A DNA stretch of 64,000 bases from NCBI GenBank assembly GCA_040772365.1, contig JAXGYI010000006.1, positions 4,014 through 68,013 of the forward strand. Direction: 5' to 3'. Position 1 is the first letter of the stretch, and each line of letters starts with the position of its first letter. This DNA is from Candidatus Moraniibacteriota bacterium (GTDB taxonomy: Bacteria > Patescibacteriota > Minisyncoccia > Moranbacterales > GCA-2747515). The position numbers and the translations under genes were made by a program. A model generated the notes under the pieces. It was not told the origin of the DNA and searched no databases. It saw nothing but the letters and a program-made list of their open reading frames with translations. Of the stretch, positions 32,303-42,017 are shown piece after piece.

Positions 32303-33169
32303 ATGGTGGATCATTTAGTGCAAATGCAACAGTGGATGCGACTACCGCGATTCTCGGATAACGTTGACCGCGATTCCATTTTGGCGCACATGCGGCGTAA
32401 TTGTGAAAATGATCGTAATATCATTAACAAAGCATTTCACCTGAAAAGTACGGGAGATGTGTGTGTGATGTTGCTTCATGGATGGACGTCGACCCCGTAC
32501 GAGATGCGTGTGCTTGGAAAAGAATTGCATGAGCAAGGTATTGCAGTAGATGCACCGCTGCTATCGGGACACGGTACACGACCACAAGATTTGGAGAATG
32601 TCACGTGGGATCAGTGGGTAGCAGATGCGGATCGTGCATATAAGCGTCTGCGCAGGCAATATGCACGCGTCTATGTTGGCGGGATGTCAATGGGTGGTAA
32701 TTTGGCGTTGCATGTGGCGCAGAGAAACCCTGATGCATGTGGGGTAATTCTCATGAGTACGCCGTATCGTATGCGATTTCAGACGGCTGGCATGATGGTT
32801 GCTTACATTACCAAGCGCTTCTTTTCGTACAAGAAAAAATACTATCCACGGTGGGCACAGAAGCAAGCAAGTATTACACAGATTATTTCCTACCAGAAGT
32901 ATCCTATCAACAGTGCATTTGAGGCATATGAGGCAATTCGCAATTCTTTTGATAGCATTGAGCAGGTACGTCAACCGGCATTTTTGATTCAGTCAACGAG
33001 TGATCACATTGTGGCACGGAACAGTATAGATAAAATCTACAGAGCAATCGGGTCGCGCCATAAGGAAATGCGCCTCATCAAGCATGCGAGTCATAATTTC
33101 ATGGGTAATGGTGCGCATGAAGATGTTTTTCAAGATGTTGTGCGATTTGTATTGAAGCGCGAATGCTAG
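32303..33169 (+). CDS. Alpha/beta hydrolase (carboxylesterase/monoacylglycerol lipase-like)
   Basis: LLHGW, LSGHG, GMSMGG nucleophile elbow, D and H of triad. Confidence 0.9.
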   Translation: MVDHLVQMQQWMRLPRFSDNVDRDSILAHMRRNCENDRNIINKAFHLKSTGDVCVMLLHGWTSTPYEMRVLGKELHEQGIAVDAPLLSGHGTRPQDLENVTWDQWVADADRAYKRLRRQYARVYVGGMSMGGNLALHVAQRNPDACGVILMSTPYRMRFQTAGMMVAYITKRFFSYKKKYYPRWAQKQASITQIISYQKYPINSAFEAYEAIRNSFDSIEQVRQPAFLIQSTSDHIVARNSIDKIYRAIGSRHKEMRLIKHASHNFMGNGAHEDVFQDVVRFVLKREC

Positions 33170-33209
33170 TGTTTTATCTGCGTCATGAACTGTTATACAA
33201 CAACGCCTT

Positions 33210-34382
33210 ATGCATGTCGCAATCTTTACCAATAATTACTTGCCAAATCCGTACGGTGTCAGCACATCCGTAGAGGGTTTTCGGTATGGTCTGAAGCAGG
33301 CAGGACATACGGTGACAATTTTTGCACCACAGTGGGATGGACATGAAAACGATGTTCCTGGTGTCCATCGCTATCCCGCTTTTGCGGTACCGACAAAAGT
33401 ACCATTTACACTTGCTTACCCGCACGCGCATGGTACATTGCACGACATACTTCACAGTACGCAATGGGATGTCACGCACGTGCAGCATCCATCACTGCTT
33501 GGTGCGGAGGGGCGTCGATGGGCGCAGCGCAAGAAGACACCGCTGGTTTTTACGTGGCATTCACTCTATGACCGCTATACACACTATGTGCCACTTGTGC
33601 CACATAGCCTTGCTGGTGCCGTGGCGATGAGGCATGCTGCGCGTTTTGCGCAGAAGTGCGATCATGTCATTGCGCCAACGCAATCCGTGGTGGATGTAAT
33701 GCGTGCGGCAGGTGTGACGCATGATCGTATCAGTGTGATTGCGTCGCCGGTGGATGCTGCGCTCTTTGCAGATGCTGATGGTGTTGCAATCCGCACGAAC
33801 TATGGCATTGCAGATACGGCAATGGTATTTGTGACAATTGCGCGACTGACGGAGGAGAAGAACGTACAATTTTTAATGCGTGCAATGGTACGGGTACTGG
33901 TCCAGATACCGCAGGCAGTTTTTCTCTTTTGCGGTGAGGGTGATCAGCGTGATGCACTGCAGAAAATTGCACACACACATGGTGTCAATGATCGCGTAAT
34001 CTTTCCTGGAAAAATACCGCGTGATGCAGTGCGGCATTACCTTGCAGCAGGTGATATCTTTGTCTATGGATCCACATCAGAAACGCAGGGAACAATTATT
34101 ACAGAAGCAATGTGGTGCGGTGTTCCTGTTGTTGCCGTGCGGTCAACAGGTATATGTGATGTGGTACGTGAGGGCGTGACCGGTGTATTGACAGAGGAGC
34201 ATGAGGACGCTTTTGCTTCTGCGGTGCATCAGCTAAGCCATGATCGACAAACACGTGTGCGCTATGGACAGCAAGCAGCAACAATTGCGCGAGATGCGTA
34301 TAGCATTACAGCATGTACGCAAAAACTCGTTGATGCCTACGCGCATGCGCTGGCATATTACCGTGAAGCTAATACACGATAA
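33210..34382 (+). CDS. Glycosyltransferase family 4 (diacylglycerol glucosyltransferase-like)
   Basis: Y.P...GV..S, RL..EKN, SETQG..I.EAM..G.PVV. Confidence 0.9.
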   Translation: MHVAIFTNNYLPNPYGVSTSVEGFRYGLKQAGHTVTIFAPQWDGHENDVPGVHRYPAFAVPTKVPFTLAYPHAHGTLHDILHSTQWDVTHVQHPSLLGAEGRRWAQRKKTPLVFTWHSLYDRYTHYVPLVPHSLAGAVAMRHAARFAQKCDHVIAPTQSVVDVMRAAGVTHDRISVIASPVDAALFADADGVAIRTNYGIADTAMVFVTIARLTEEKNVQFLMRAMVRVLVQIPQAVFLFCGEGDQRDALQKIAHTHGVNDRVIFPGKIPRDAVRHYLAAGDIFVYGSTSETQGTIITEAMWCGVPVVAVRSTGICDVVREGVTGVLTEEHEDAFASAVHQLSHDRQTRVRYGQQAATIARDAYSITACTQKLVDAYAHALAYYREANTR

Positions 34383-34391
34383 GCTTTGTGG

Positions 34392-36488
34392 TTATTCGTA
34401 ATGCGTGCGTGCAGCAAGTTCGTCTACAGCGTTACGTAAAACCGGATGCGCAGTCAAATGTGGATCATTTTCTAAAAGATTTTTTGCTTCGTCGCGCGTG
34501 ATAGTGATGAGTTTGGTGTTGGTGATGTTTTTCATGGCGCCGTCGGGAATGCCACTTTGGCGTGTACCAAGAAACTCACCAGGACCGCGCAATTGCAAGT
34601 CAATTTCCGCTAAGGCGAATCCATCAGCATGTTTAGTGAGTGCACGGAGACGTGGACTACGCACGTGTGCTGAAAAGAGGAAGCAGTAGGATTGATGATC
34701 GCCACGCCCGATGCGTCCGCGAAACTGGTGCAGTTGCGAGAGGCCGAAGCGTTCTGCATTTTCAATCACCATGACGGTAGCATTTGGCACATCCACACCC
34801 ACCTCCACAACAGATGTAGACACAAGAATATGAATACGGTTTTCGGAGAAATCTTTCATTAATTTTTCTTTTTCCTTGGGCTTGAGGCGACCGTGCATGA
34901 GACCAAGTGTATATGTGGGAAAAACATCACGCGTGAGCCGTTCGTATTCTTGTTTTGCTGCTTTGACATTTTTGAGCGTATCAGACTCTTCTACAAGTGG
35001 GAGGATGATGTAGGCTTGGCGACCGGCATCAATTTCACGTGCAATATGGATATATGCGTCTCCTTGTGCTGATGGCGGGATGATGCGTGTGATGATTTCT
35101 TTGCGATTACCAGGTTTTTCGTCCAAAACGGATACGTGTAAGTCACCAAAGAGCGCTAATGCAAAGGTGCGTGGGATGGGTGTTGCCGTCATAGTGAGGA
35201 GATGAGGTACGGTTGCTGGTGTTGCATCCGGTGCGGCAATGCTTTTTTGCGTGAGGGCGGCGCGTTGCGCAACGCCAAAACGATGCTGCTCATCTACAAT
35301 GATAAGTGCAAGATCATCAAAGACAATATCTTGCTGCAGGAGGGCATGTGTGCCGATGATCACGCGCGTGTGACCGGTGCGGATGCGTGCGCGCAGGGTA
35401 TCGCGCGTTGTGGTGTGGAGTAATGCGGGGTGTGTGCCGTGCGATTTATAGGCACTTGTCAGAAGTGCCACATCAATATCAAATGGTGCAAGTTGTGTGA
35501 CAAATGTAGAAAAATGCTGCTGCGCCAAAACTTCCGTTGGGGCGAGAATGGCAACTTGCTTGCCGCAATCGGCGACGGCAAGCGCAGCAATGAGTGCGAC
35601 CAGTGTTTTGCCAGCGCCGACGTCACCGTTGAGCAGGCGGTGCATTGGCAGGGGTTGCGCCATATCGGTGAGGATGCTGAATGCGCTTTTGCGTTGTGCG
35701 TCGGTTGGTGTGAATGGCAGTGTGGCGAGGAGCTTTTTGATGAGAGCATCATTGCGTGGAATGATGGGCGCGTGCTGTGCGGCAATCCGCGATCGTAGGC
35801 GCAGCATGAGTAGCTGTAATAGAAACATCTCTTCAAATATGAAGCGCTTGTGCGCCAGATGGTAGTCGGTCTCCGTGCGCGGATAGTGCATGAGTTTGAG
35901 GGCATGCATGCGTGTTGGTAAGTGTAATCGCGTGCGGATGTCGTCAGGGAGCGGATCGGGGATTGTGATGGCAGCATCTGCAAGGAGCATGTGAATTTGC
36001 CAGCGCAGCCACTTGGACGTGATGCCGGCTGTTTCGGGATAGGTGGGGACGAGGCGTCCCGTGCTTGTGGGTTCGCGCTGTGCGCGTTCAATGGCAGGTG
36101 CGGAGAGGTGTAGGCCATTTTGTTCGGAATAGGCGACTTTGCCACTGAGGCGGTAGAGCTGACCAATGCGCGTACTTGTGGCGATGAATGATTGATTGAA
36201 CCATATGGCAGAAATGCTTCCCGTGTCATCAGTGAGGGTGACGGTGGTGATGCTTAATTTGCGTCCGCGCAGGCGCTTAACGGCAACGTCGGTGACGGTG
36301 CCGACGACGGTGGCGTTGATATCAGCAGTAAGTTCGGCAACAGGATATATTGTTGCAAAATCTTCGTAGCGAAAGGGGAAGTGGTAGAGTAAATCACGGA
36401 CGGTGTCCAAACCCATTTTTGCAAGTCGCTTCGCATGGTGTGGTGTCACACGAGGGAGTTGTACAAGTGGTGTGGAAAGTGTAGTCAT
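34392..36488 (-). CDS. recG: ATP-dependent DNA helicase RecG
   Basis: RLLNGDVGAGKT, DEQHRFGV, TATPIPR, QLHQFRGR.GR, D...RGPG. Confidence 0.97.
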   Translation of the reverse strand: MTTLSTPLVQLPRVTPHHAKRLAKMGLDTVRDLLYHFPFRYEDFATIYPVAELTADINATVVGTVTDVAVKRLRGRKLSITTVTLTDDTGSISAIWFNQSFIATSTRIGQLYRLSGKVAYSEQNGLHLSAPAIERAQREPTSTGRLVPTYPETAGITSKWLRWQIHMLLADAAITIPDPLPDDIRTRLHLPTRMHALKLMHYPRTETDYHLAHKRFIFEEMFLLQLLMLRLRSRIAAQHAPIIPRNDALIKKLLATLPFTPTDAQRKSAFSILTDMAQPLPMHRLLNGDVGAGKTLVALIAALAVADCGKQVAILAPTEVLAQQHFSTFVTQLAPFDIDVALLTSAYKSHGTHPALLHTTTRDTLRARIRTGHTRVIIGTHALLQQDIVFDDLALIIVDEQHRFGVAQRAALTQKSIAAPDATPATVPHLLTMTATPIPRTFALALFGDLHVSVLDEKPGNRKEIITRIIPPSAQGDAYIHIAREIDAGRQAYIILPLVEESDTLKNVKAAKQEYERLTRDVFPTYTLGLMHGRLKPKEKEKLMKDFSENRIHILVSTSVVEVGVDVPNATVMVIENAERFGLSQLHQFRGRIGRGDHQSYCFLFSAHVRSPRLRALTKHADGFALAEIDLQLRGPGEFLGTRQSGIPDGAMKNITNTKLITITRDEAKNLLENDPHLTAHPVLRNAVDELAARTHYE

Positions 36489-36547
36489 GGCTACTGTCAA
36501 TCAAAAACATCGTCGGAACAAATCCGACGATGTTAGTATAACATAAA

Positions 36548-36582
36548 TAAAGAACGCGCAAGCCGGCGAGGCGGCTTGCGCG
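36548..36582 (-). terminator. Intrinsic terminator after 118-aa ORF
   Basis: CGCGCAAGCC...GGCTTGCGCG stem followed by TTCTTTATTT on minus strand. Confidence 0.75.
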
Positions 36583-36587
36583 GGGTC

Positions 36588-36944
36588 TCACATAACATAA
36601 TAGTATTTTGCCCTGCATGCAGGGCAAAGGGGCTCTTGGCACGTGATTATGTCACGTATTAGTAGTGGTGTGCCACACGTACATGCCCAGTCTGCAGTCA
36701 TTGGATTTTCGCATGCGATCATGGCTTTTTCGCACGCCTGTATCCACATGCGCGCCTTCTCTGCTTGGTCTTTTATCTCTGGACATTTACATCCAAAGGC
36801 ACCGTTGCATCTATCAATGGTTGCTTGGTGCATATTTTGTAGAACGCGTAGCTCCTCGTAGATATATTCAAAAATGGATTTTTTTGGGTCATAGTCTTCG
36901 GGCATGCTTTCTACGGGGAAGTGCATCATGACGGTTTGTGGCAT
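36588..36944 (-). CDS. Small Cys-rich hypothetical protein
   Basis: SD AAAGGAG, promoter TTGACT-N17-TATAAA (37048-37020), own terminator; CKC, CTCG...CPAC motifs. Confidence 0.75.
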   Translation of the reverse strand: MPQTVMMHFPVESMPEDYDPKKSIFEYIYEELRVLQNMHQATIDRCNGAFGCKCPEIKDQAEKARMWIQACEKAMIACENPMTADWACTCGTPLLIRDIITCQEPLCPACRAKYYYVM

Positions 36945-37136
36945 GGGGTGCTCCTTTAGCGTTGAGGTTGAATTTTACCTACCCTTTTAATTTTTTAAAG
37001 AATTTTCAATGTATAAGATTTTATAGCACAAAAAATAGAATCAGTCAAATTTTACGTGCCATTATTTCATCGCACGGCATAGGTTTTTTTGCTGCGGTAG
37101 AGTATACTAAAATGGTAAAGAGCATGGGATTATTGT

Positions 37137-37283
37137 ATGACAATGGAAAAATGGACGCCGTTGGAACGAGAGGAAGTATATCTTGTGCCACTGGAAGAAT
37201 TTAAAACACTTGTGCGCCGTGGCAATACAATGACGGATGTGGATGCTGCGCTTCTGGGCTTAGCTGCGTTTGGGCTATTGTAA
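37137..37283 (+). pseudogene. Internally deleted NUDIX hydrolase-like remnant (48 aa)
   Basis: MTMEKWTPLEREEVY joined to LVPLEEFKTLVRRGNTMTDVDAALLGLAAFGLL; termini resemble ADP-ribose pyrophosphatase-type NUDIX proteins, no Nudix box. Confidence 0.5.
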
Positions 37284-37294
37284 TTTTTTTGATC

Positions 37295-39847
37295 ATGTCA
37301 AAACAACAACCTCTTCCACAAGGACTCACAATGGCGCAGGTGCGCGCAGCACATCAGGTGCATGGATACAATGAACTACCAGCGCAGCGTCGAGAAGGCG
37401 TGTTGCGGATTTTGTGGAGCGTAATCAGTAGCCCGATGATTGTGCTCCTGCTTGTTGCCGGGTCGATCTATTGGTTTTTGGGGGAGAGGATGGACGCAGG
37501 TGCGCTCCTACTCTTTGTGTTTGTGGTGATTGGCATTACGTTCTATCAACAACGCAAGACCACACGTGCATTGGATGCGTTGAAAGTATTAGCGAGTGGC
37601 ACGGCGCGTGTGGTGCGTGACGGTGTGGAGGTGCGTGTGCCGGTACGCGATATTGTCCCCGGCGACATCGTCATGATTGTAGAAGGTGATCGTGTGCCGG
37701 CGGATGGCGTTGTAGTGGATATGATGTCACTAATGGTTGAGGAGTCCATCATAACCGGTGAATCGCTTGCTGTTAGCAAACGGGTGGGACACCAGGATGA
37801 AGCGTGTGACGTGCCAGGTGGCGACGCTCAAGGATGTGTGTTTTCTGGAACGATGGTAACGCAGGGACATGCGACGATACGCGTAACGGCAACTGGAGAG
37901 AAAACGCACATTGGTGCAATCGGATCCTCGCTAGCGACAATTCGTCAGGAGCGTCCGCTTTTAACCAAAGAGGTCGCGCGGTTGGTGCGCGTTGTCGCGA
38001 TGATGAGTATTGTTTTGTGCGGCGCGGTTATTGCAGTATATGGTTTTTGGTGGGGTGATTGGATGCAAGGGATATTGAGCGGATTGTCACTCAGTATGGC
38101 GTTGCTGCCAGAAGAGTTTAGTGTAGTACTAACAGTGTTTCTTGCTATTGGGGCGTGGCGTATGTCGACGAAAAATGTTTTATTACGTAATACGGCGGCA
38201 ATTGAAACGTTGGGCGCGGCAAATGTGTTGTGTGTGGACAAGACGGGAACATTGACACAGAATGTTATGCAGTTGCGCGCCGTTCTGCATAACGAGGTGC
38301 TCCGTATGTATGATGCTGCAACGCCACTGCAAGCAGGAGATCAGCAGTTAATTGAGATTGCGGCACTAGCGAGTCAGGAATCACCATTTGATCCTTTGGA
38401 GCGGGGCATTGTAGATGTCATAACGTCACGCGCGGAGTTTGCAACATATACACAGACGCAAAAAACCATTGTGCGTGAGTACCCACTGTCAGATGCCATG
38501 TTGGCTGTGGCGCGTGCGTGGAGTGGCATAGACGATGATGGGTGCATCATTGCAGTCAAAGGTGCGCCAGAGGCGATTGCGGATCTGTGCCACATGGACG
38601 ATTCTTCCATGAGGGGGTTACGCAGGAATAGTGATGTGCTGTCACAGCGTGGGTGGCGTGTTTTGGGCGTTGCTGCTGCACGAGCATCGCATGCGAAAGT
38701 GCAGCGTACGGACAATGTGCATGACTATCACTTTACATTTATGGGATTTTTGGCATTTGCCGATCCTGTGCGCGATGACGCAGCAGCAACAGTTGCAGAG
38801 TGTGCACGCGCCGGTGTAGATGTGGTGATGATTACAGGGGATTACCCTGGCACAGCACAGACAATTGCACGTGAGGTTGGACTGCGTGATTCACGCGTGG
38901 TGCTGACCGGTGCGGATATTGCAGCATGTGATCCCGCGGTGTTGCGCACACGTGTTCGCGATGTCTCAGTGTTTGCGCGGGTTGTGCCACAGCAAAAATT
39001 GGAAATCGTGAATGCGCTCAAGGACAATGGCGCTGTAGTAGCAATGACGGGTGATGGCGTGAATGATGCACCGGCTCTGGCGGCGGCACACGTGGGGATT
39101 GCCATGGGTGGGCGTGGGACGGATATTGCGCGCGAAGCAGCGGATATTGTGTTGCTGGATGATCGTTTTACATCAATCGTTGCTGGTATACGCCTAGGGC
39201 GTCGAATCTATGATAATATCAAAAAAGCAGTAAGCTACATTGTTTCTGTACACGTGCCGATTGCTGGCGTGGCTTTTTTGCCGGTTGTTTTGCATGTGTC
39301 GCCAATGCTGATGCCAGTACATATTGCTTTTCTAGAGCTCATTATTGACCCCGCATGCTCTTTGGTGTTTGAATCTCAGCCAGCTGACAAGGGCATGATG
39401 CGTCGCCCGCCCCGATCATTGCGTCAGTCACTTTTTTCTGGACGCATGTTCGTGCGCAGTATCGTGGAGGGTCTTGGTGTACTCAGTGCAGTTGTTGTGG
39501 TTTTTTTATGGGGGATGCGTGATGGTTTTGATGCTGCTGTGATACGTGGGTTAACATTTATTGCACTTGTCGTAGGTAATGTCGCACTGATTTTCGTCAA
39601 TGTGTCTGCACGTGGCACGGCTACTGTTACGGGTAATCGCATGTTGTGGTGGATTACTGGCGGGGCGATGGCGGCACTGTGGGGTATTTTCGCCATACCG
39701 TTTTTACGGACTGTGTTCCATGTCGCACCACCACCCCTGTGGCATAGTGTGATGGCAATCGTCGTAACATTGTCCGCGGTTGTGGTGGTGAGCAGCTTTG
39801 GACGTGTGATACACGCGATTGCTGCGCGGCGACAAAAGATATCATAA
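37295..39847 (+). CDS. Cation-translocating P-type ATPase (type II, Ca2+-like)
   Basis: TGES, PEE, DKTGTLT, KGAPE, MITGD, TGDGVNDAPAL. Confidence 0.95.
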   Translation: MSKQQPLPQGLTMAQVRAAHQVHGYNELPAQRREGVLRILWSVISSPMIVLLLVAGSIYWFLGERMDAGALLLFVFVVIGITFYQQRKTTRALDALKVLASGTARVVRDGVEVRVPVRDIVPGDIVMIVEGDRVPADGVVVDMMSLMVEESIITGESLAVSKRVGHQDEACDVPGGDAQGCVFSGTMVTQGHATIRVTATGEKTHIGAIGSSLATIRQERPLLTKEVARLVRVVAMMSIVLCGAVIAVYGFWWGDWMQGILSGLSLSMALLPEEFSVVLTVFLAIGAWRMSTKNVLLRNTAAIETLGAANVLCVDKTGTLTQNVMQLRAVLHNEVLRMYDAATPLQAGDQQLIEIAALASQESPFDPLERGIVDVITSRAEFATYTQTQKTIVREYPLSDAMLAVARAWSGIDDDGCIIAVKGAPEAIADLCHMDDSSMRGLRRNSDVLSQRGWRVLGVAAARASHAKVQRTDNVHDYHFTFMGFLAFADPVRDDAAATVAECARAGVDVVMITGDYPGTAQTIAREVGLRDSRVVLTGADIAACDPAVLRTRVRDVSVFARVVPQQKLEIVNALKDNGAVVAMTGDGVNDAPALAAAHVGIAMGGRGTDIAREAADIVLLDDRFTSIVAGIRLGRRIYDNIKKAVSYIVSVHVPIAGVAFLPVVLHVSPMLMPVHIAFLELIIDPACSLVFESQPADKGMMRRPPRSLRQSLFSGRMFVRSIVEGLGVLSAVVVVFLWGMRDGFDAAVIRGLTFIALVVGNVALIFVNVSARGTATVTGNRMLWWITGGAMAALWGIFAIPFLRTVFHVAPPPLWHSVMAIVVTLSAVVVVSSFGRVIHAIAARRQKIS

Positions 39848-39935
39848 ATATACACAGATATTTGCTGGATATTTATGATGGCGGTGTGTCTATGTTATAC
39901 TGTGTGTAGGGTAATCATATAAACATATAAGCACT

Positions 39936-40184
39936 ATGATGTCATGGATTATTTTTCTCGTCTTTGGTGGCGTGGTCGGTTGGGTTGCTTCACTGATCAT
40001 GCACACAGATGGGCAACAAGGGATTATTCTCAATGTGATTGTCGGCATTGTCGGTGCCATGATCGGTAACTGGATTGCGGCACAAATGGGTCTTGCAACA
40101 GGCACACCGTATAGCATCATGAGCTTTGCTGTGGCGCTTTTCGGTGCAGTCATTCTTATCGCTGTGATCAAGGTCATTCGTTAG
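39936..40184 (+). CDS. GlsB/YeaQ/YmgE family stress-response membrane protein
   Basis: G.VGW.AS..M...G...N..VGIVGA.IG, GAVIL. Confidence 0.92.
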   Translation: MMSWIIFLVFGGVVGWVASLIMHTDGQQGIILNVIVGIVGAMIGNWIAAQMGLATGTPYSIMSFAVALFGAVILIAVIKVIR

Positions 40185-40337
40185 GAGGAGAATGTAGATG
40201 CGCATGCCGCAATACTCGCCACAGTGCGGGGGTTGTGGCTTTTTATTGTGCGTGGTTGACAATGCGGCAATGTAGTTTATAGTGTGTGCATAGTGTTCTT
40301 CGACAATATAATAACAATCAACAAAAAGGAGGCTGTG

Positions 40338-41426
40338 ATGGCCCTTGCAAAAGAAAAGCACATCATTGTCATTTTGGCAGGTGGTGGCGGTAGTCGATTG
40401 GTTCCAATTTATAGCGAACATCGACCGAAGCAATTTCATGATATCTTTAATACAGGTCGAACATTACTCCAAGCGACATTTCTCAGGTGTTTGCGTTCGG
40501 CGGACTGCAGTGAGATTTACATTGCAACAACTGAAGGATTCCAGCAGATGACCATTGATCAACTGCATGAGATTGTCACTCAGGAGATGGGGATGCTGCC
40601 CGAAGACGCAATGCGTTATGTTGCGGATCACCTGATTGTGGATCCTGCACGGCGCGATACGGCAGCAGCGATCGTGTACGCAACGCAAGTACTCTATGAT
40701 CGCTACAGTCAAGATGTGTTGACATTTGTACCGGCAGATCAGTTTTTTCTGCGTGAAGATAGTATAGAGTATTTTCAAATGCTCAAGATTCTTTATAATA
40801 CGGTACAGCGCGACTATGATGTGATTGCTCTTGCTGGAGTGCCTTCTCAATATACATTTAATGATGCACTTGGACATCTCATCAGTGCGGGTGTAGATCA
40901 TTACCCAGTCTTTCATGTAGAGCAATTCGTAGAGAAGCCCACGCGGGAGGCGTTTGATACGATGGTATACGAAGGATCTGGTGAGGTGCGCTGCAGTCTT
41001 GGCATCATCACGTGTTGCCCGGGCACACTATTGGATTTGGCACAAGAATATCTCCCTGCAATCCATCGTGTGATTGCAGCAGATGAGATTTCTACAGAGG
41101 CCTATCAGAAGCTCCGCACCACTTCTATTGGGCATGCGCTGCTGAGTCAAGAAGATGTGTGGCCATCGCTGCGTGTGGTGCATTGCAATATCGGCCCATG
41201 GGCCGATCTTGGCACGGCGGAACAGATCTATAAGTTTGCCATCACGCATCTGCGCAAACAAGGCACGGAAAACGTCTCTATCGGATCTGTGCCCGCAAAA
41301 TTCGTACGGTGCAAAAGGTGTGTCGTGATTAGTGATGGGGCATGCTCCGTCTCTATGCGGGACGCGTGGAACACTTTGCAGATTGTGCATGGGGGTACTG
41401 TGCACACGATGCGTATGATGATATAG
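40338..41426 (+). CDS. Divergent mannose-1-phosphate guanylyltransferase-like nucleotidyltransferase
   Basis: ILAGGGGSRL..PKQF, R.DTA, FVEKP, W.DLG; SD AAGGAGG; promoter TTGACA-N16-TATAGT at 40256-40283. Confidence 0.8.
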   Translation: MALAKEKHIIVILAGGGGSRLVPIYSEHRPKQFHDIFNTGRTLLQATFLRCLRSADCSEIYIATTEGFQQMTIDQLHEIVTQEMGMLPEDAMRYVADHLIVDPARRDTAAAIVYATQVLYDRYSQDVLTFVPADQFFLREDSIEYFQMLKILYNTVQRDYDVIALAGVPSQYTFNDALGHLISAGVDHYPVFHVEQFVEKPTREAFDTMVYEGSGEVRCSLGIITCCPGTLLDLAQEYLPAIHRVIAADEISTEAYQKLRTTSIGHALLSQEDVWPSLRVVHCNIGPWADLGTAEQIYKFAITHLRKQGTENVSIGSVPAKFVRCKRCVVISDGACSVSMRDAWNTLQIVHGGTVHTMRMMI

Positions 41427-41519
41427 TAGTTTTTAACTGCAGCTGCCTTGAGCACATCTCACGGCAGCTGTTTTTTGTTTACGGTATGTCGTGTCGCGTG
41501 CGATGCGCAATATAAATCT

Positions 41520-41645
41520 ATGAAAAACAAAAAAAGCTACATCCAGATGAATTTGAGCTAGAATGCACAGCAGTGTGGGCTTTCCCACGTCGCGGGAATT
41601 GGGCGACTCACAAATCAGACTGGCGAGGAAATTGGTCGCCGGAAT
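41520..41645 (+). pseudogene. Frameshifted, truncated N-terminus of an N4/N6 DNA methyltransferase
   Basis: KLHPDEFELECTAVWAFPRRGNWATHKSDWRGNWSPE out of frame with ATG 41520 across an A7 run; similarity stops after WSPE. Confidence 0.65.
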
Positions 41646-41825
41646 CAGTTGTTCCGATTACGTTACCGTGCGATAGCAACTCAAAATACAAGTTTTATAC
41701 TTTGATGATAGTGGATTTATTGACTTTCAACACATCGCGCTGTTGCCAAAAGGTGTGTGGTAATGCTATGCTTGATGGGCTTTCCGTGCGCGGAGAGTGG
41801 TGCGATGATGCATGATACGCAGGGG

Positions 41826-41914
41826 GGAGAGGTGCCAGAGTGGTCGAATGGGACTGACTCGAAATCAGTTGTCTGTTCTTGAATGGACCGTGGGTTCGAA
41901 TCCCACCCTCTCCG
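41826..41914 (+). tRNA. tRNA-Ser(CGA)
   Basis: GGAGAGG/CCTCTCC acceptor, anticodon loop CTCGAAA, long variable arm. Confidence 0.95.
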
Positions 41915-41966
41915 CACAAAGCTCATAAGGTAGAGTAAGACCCAGGGTCTTCGCAAAATGAGCAAT

Positions 41967-41996
41967 CTAAAACCGCCATGAATTTGGCGGTTTTAG
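41967..41996. terminator. Bidirectional terminator between tRNA-Ser and island ORF
   Basis: CTAAAACCGCCA-TGAATT-TGGCGGTTTTAG inverted repeat. Confidence 0.75.
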
Positions 41997-42017
41997 TGTG
42001 TCTATATTTTTGTTTTT

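Noticed and set aside
35459-36229. Long alternative-frame or antisense ORFs (also 2494-3156 and 61989-62666)
   Set aside because: Shadows of recG, wecA and miaB with no motifs of their own
41573-41680. Apparent multi-hairpin ncRNA (two GG(G/A)AATTGG-looped stems)
   Set aside because: Explained by the repeated RGNW codons of the methylase relic
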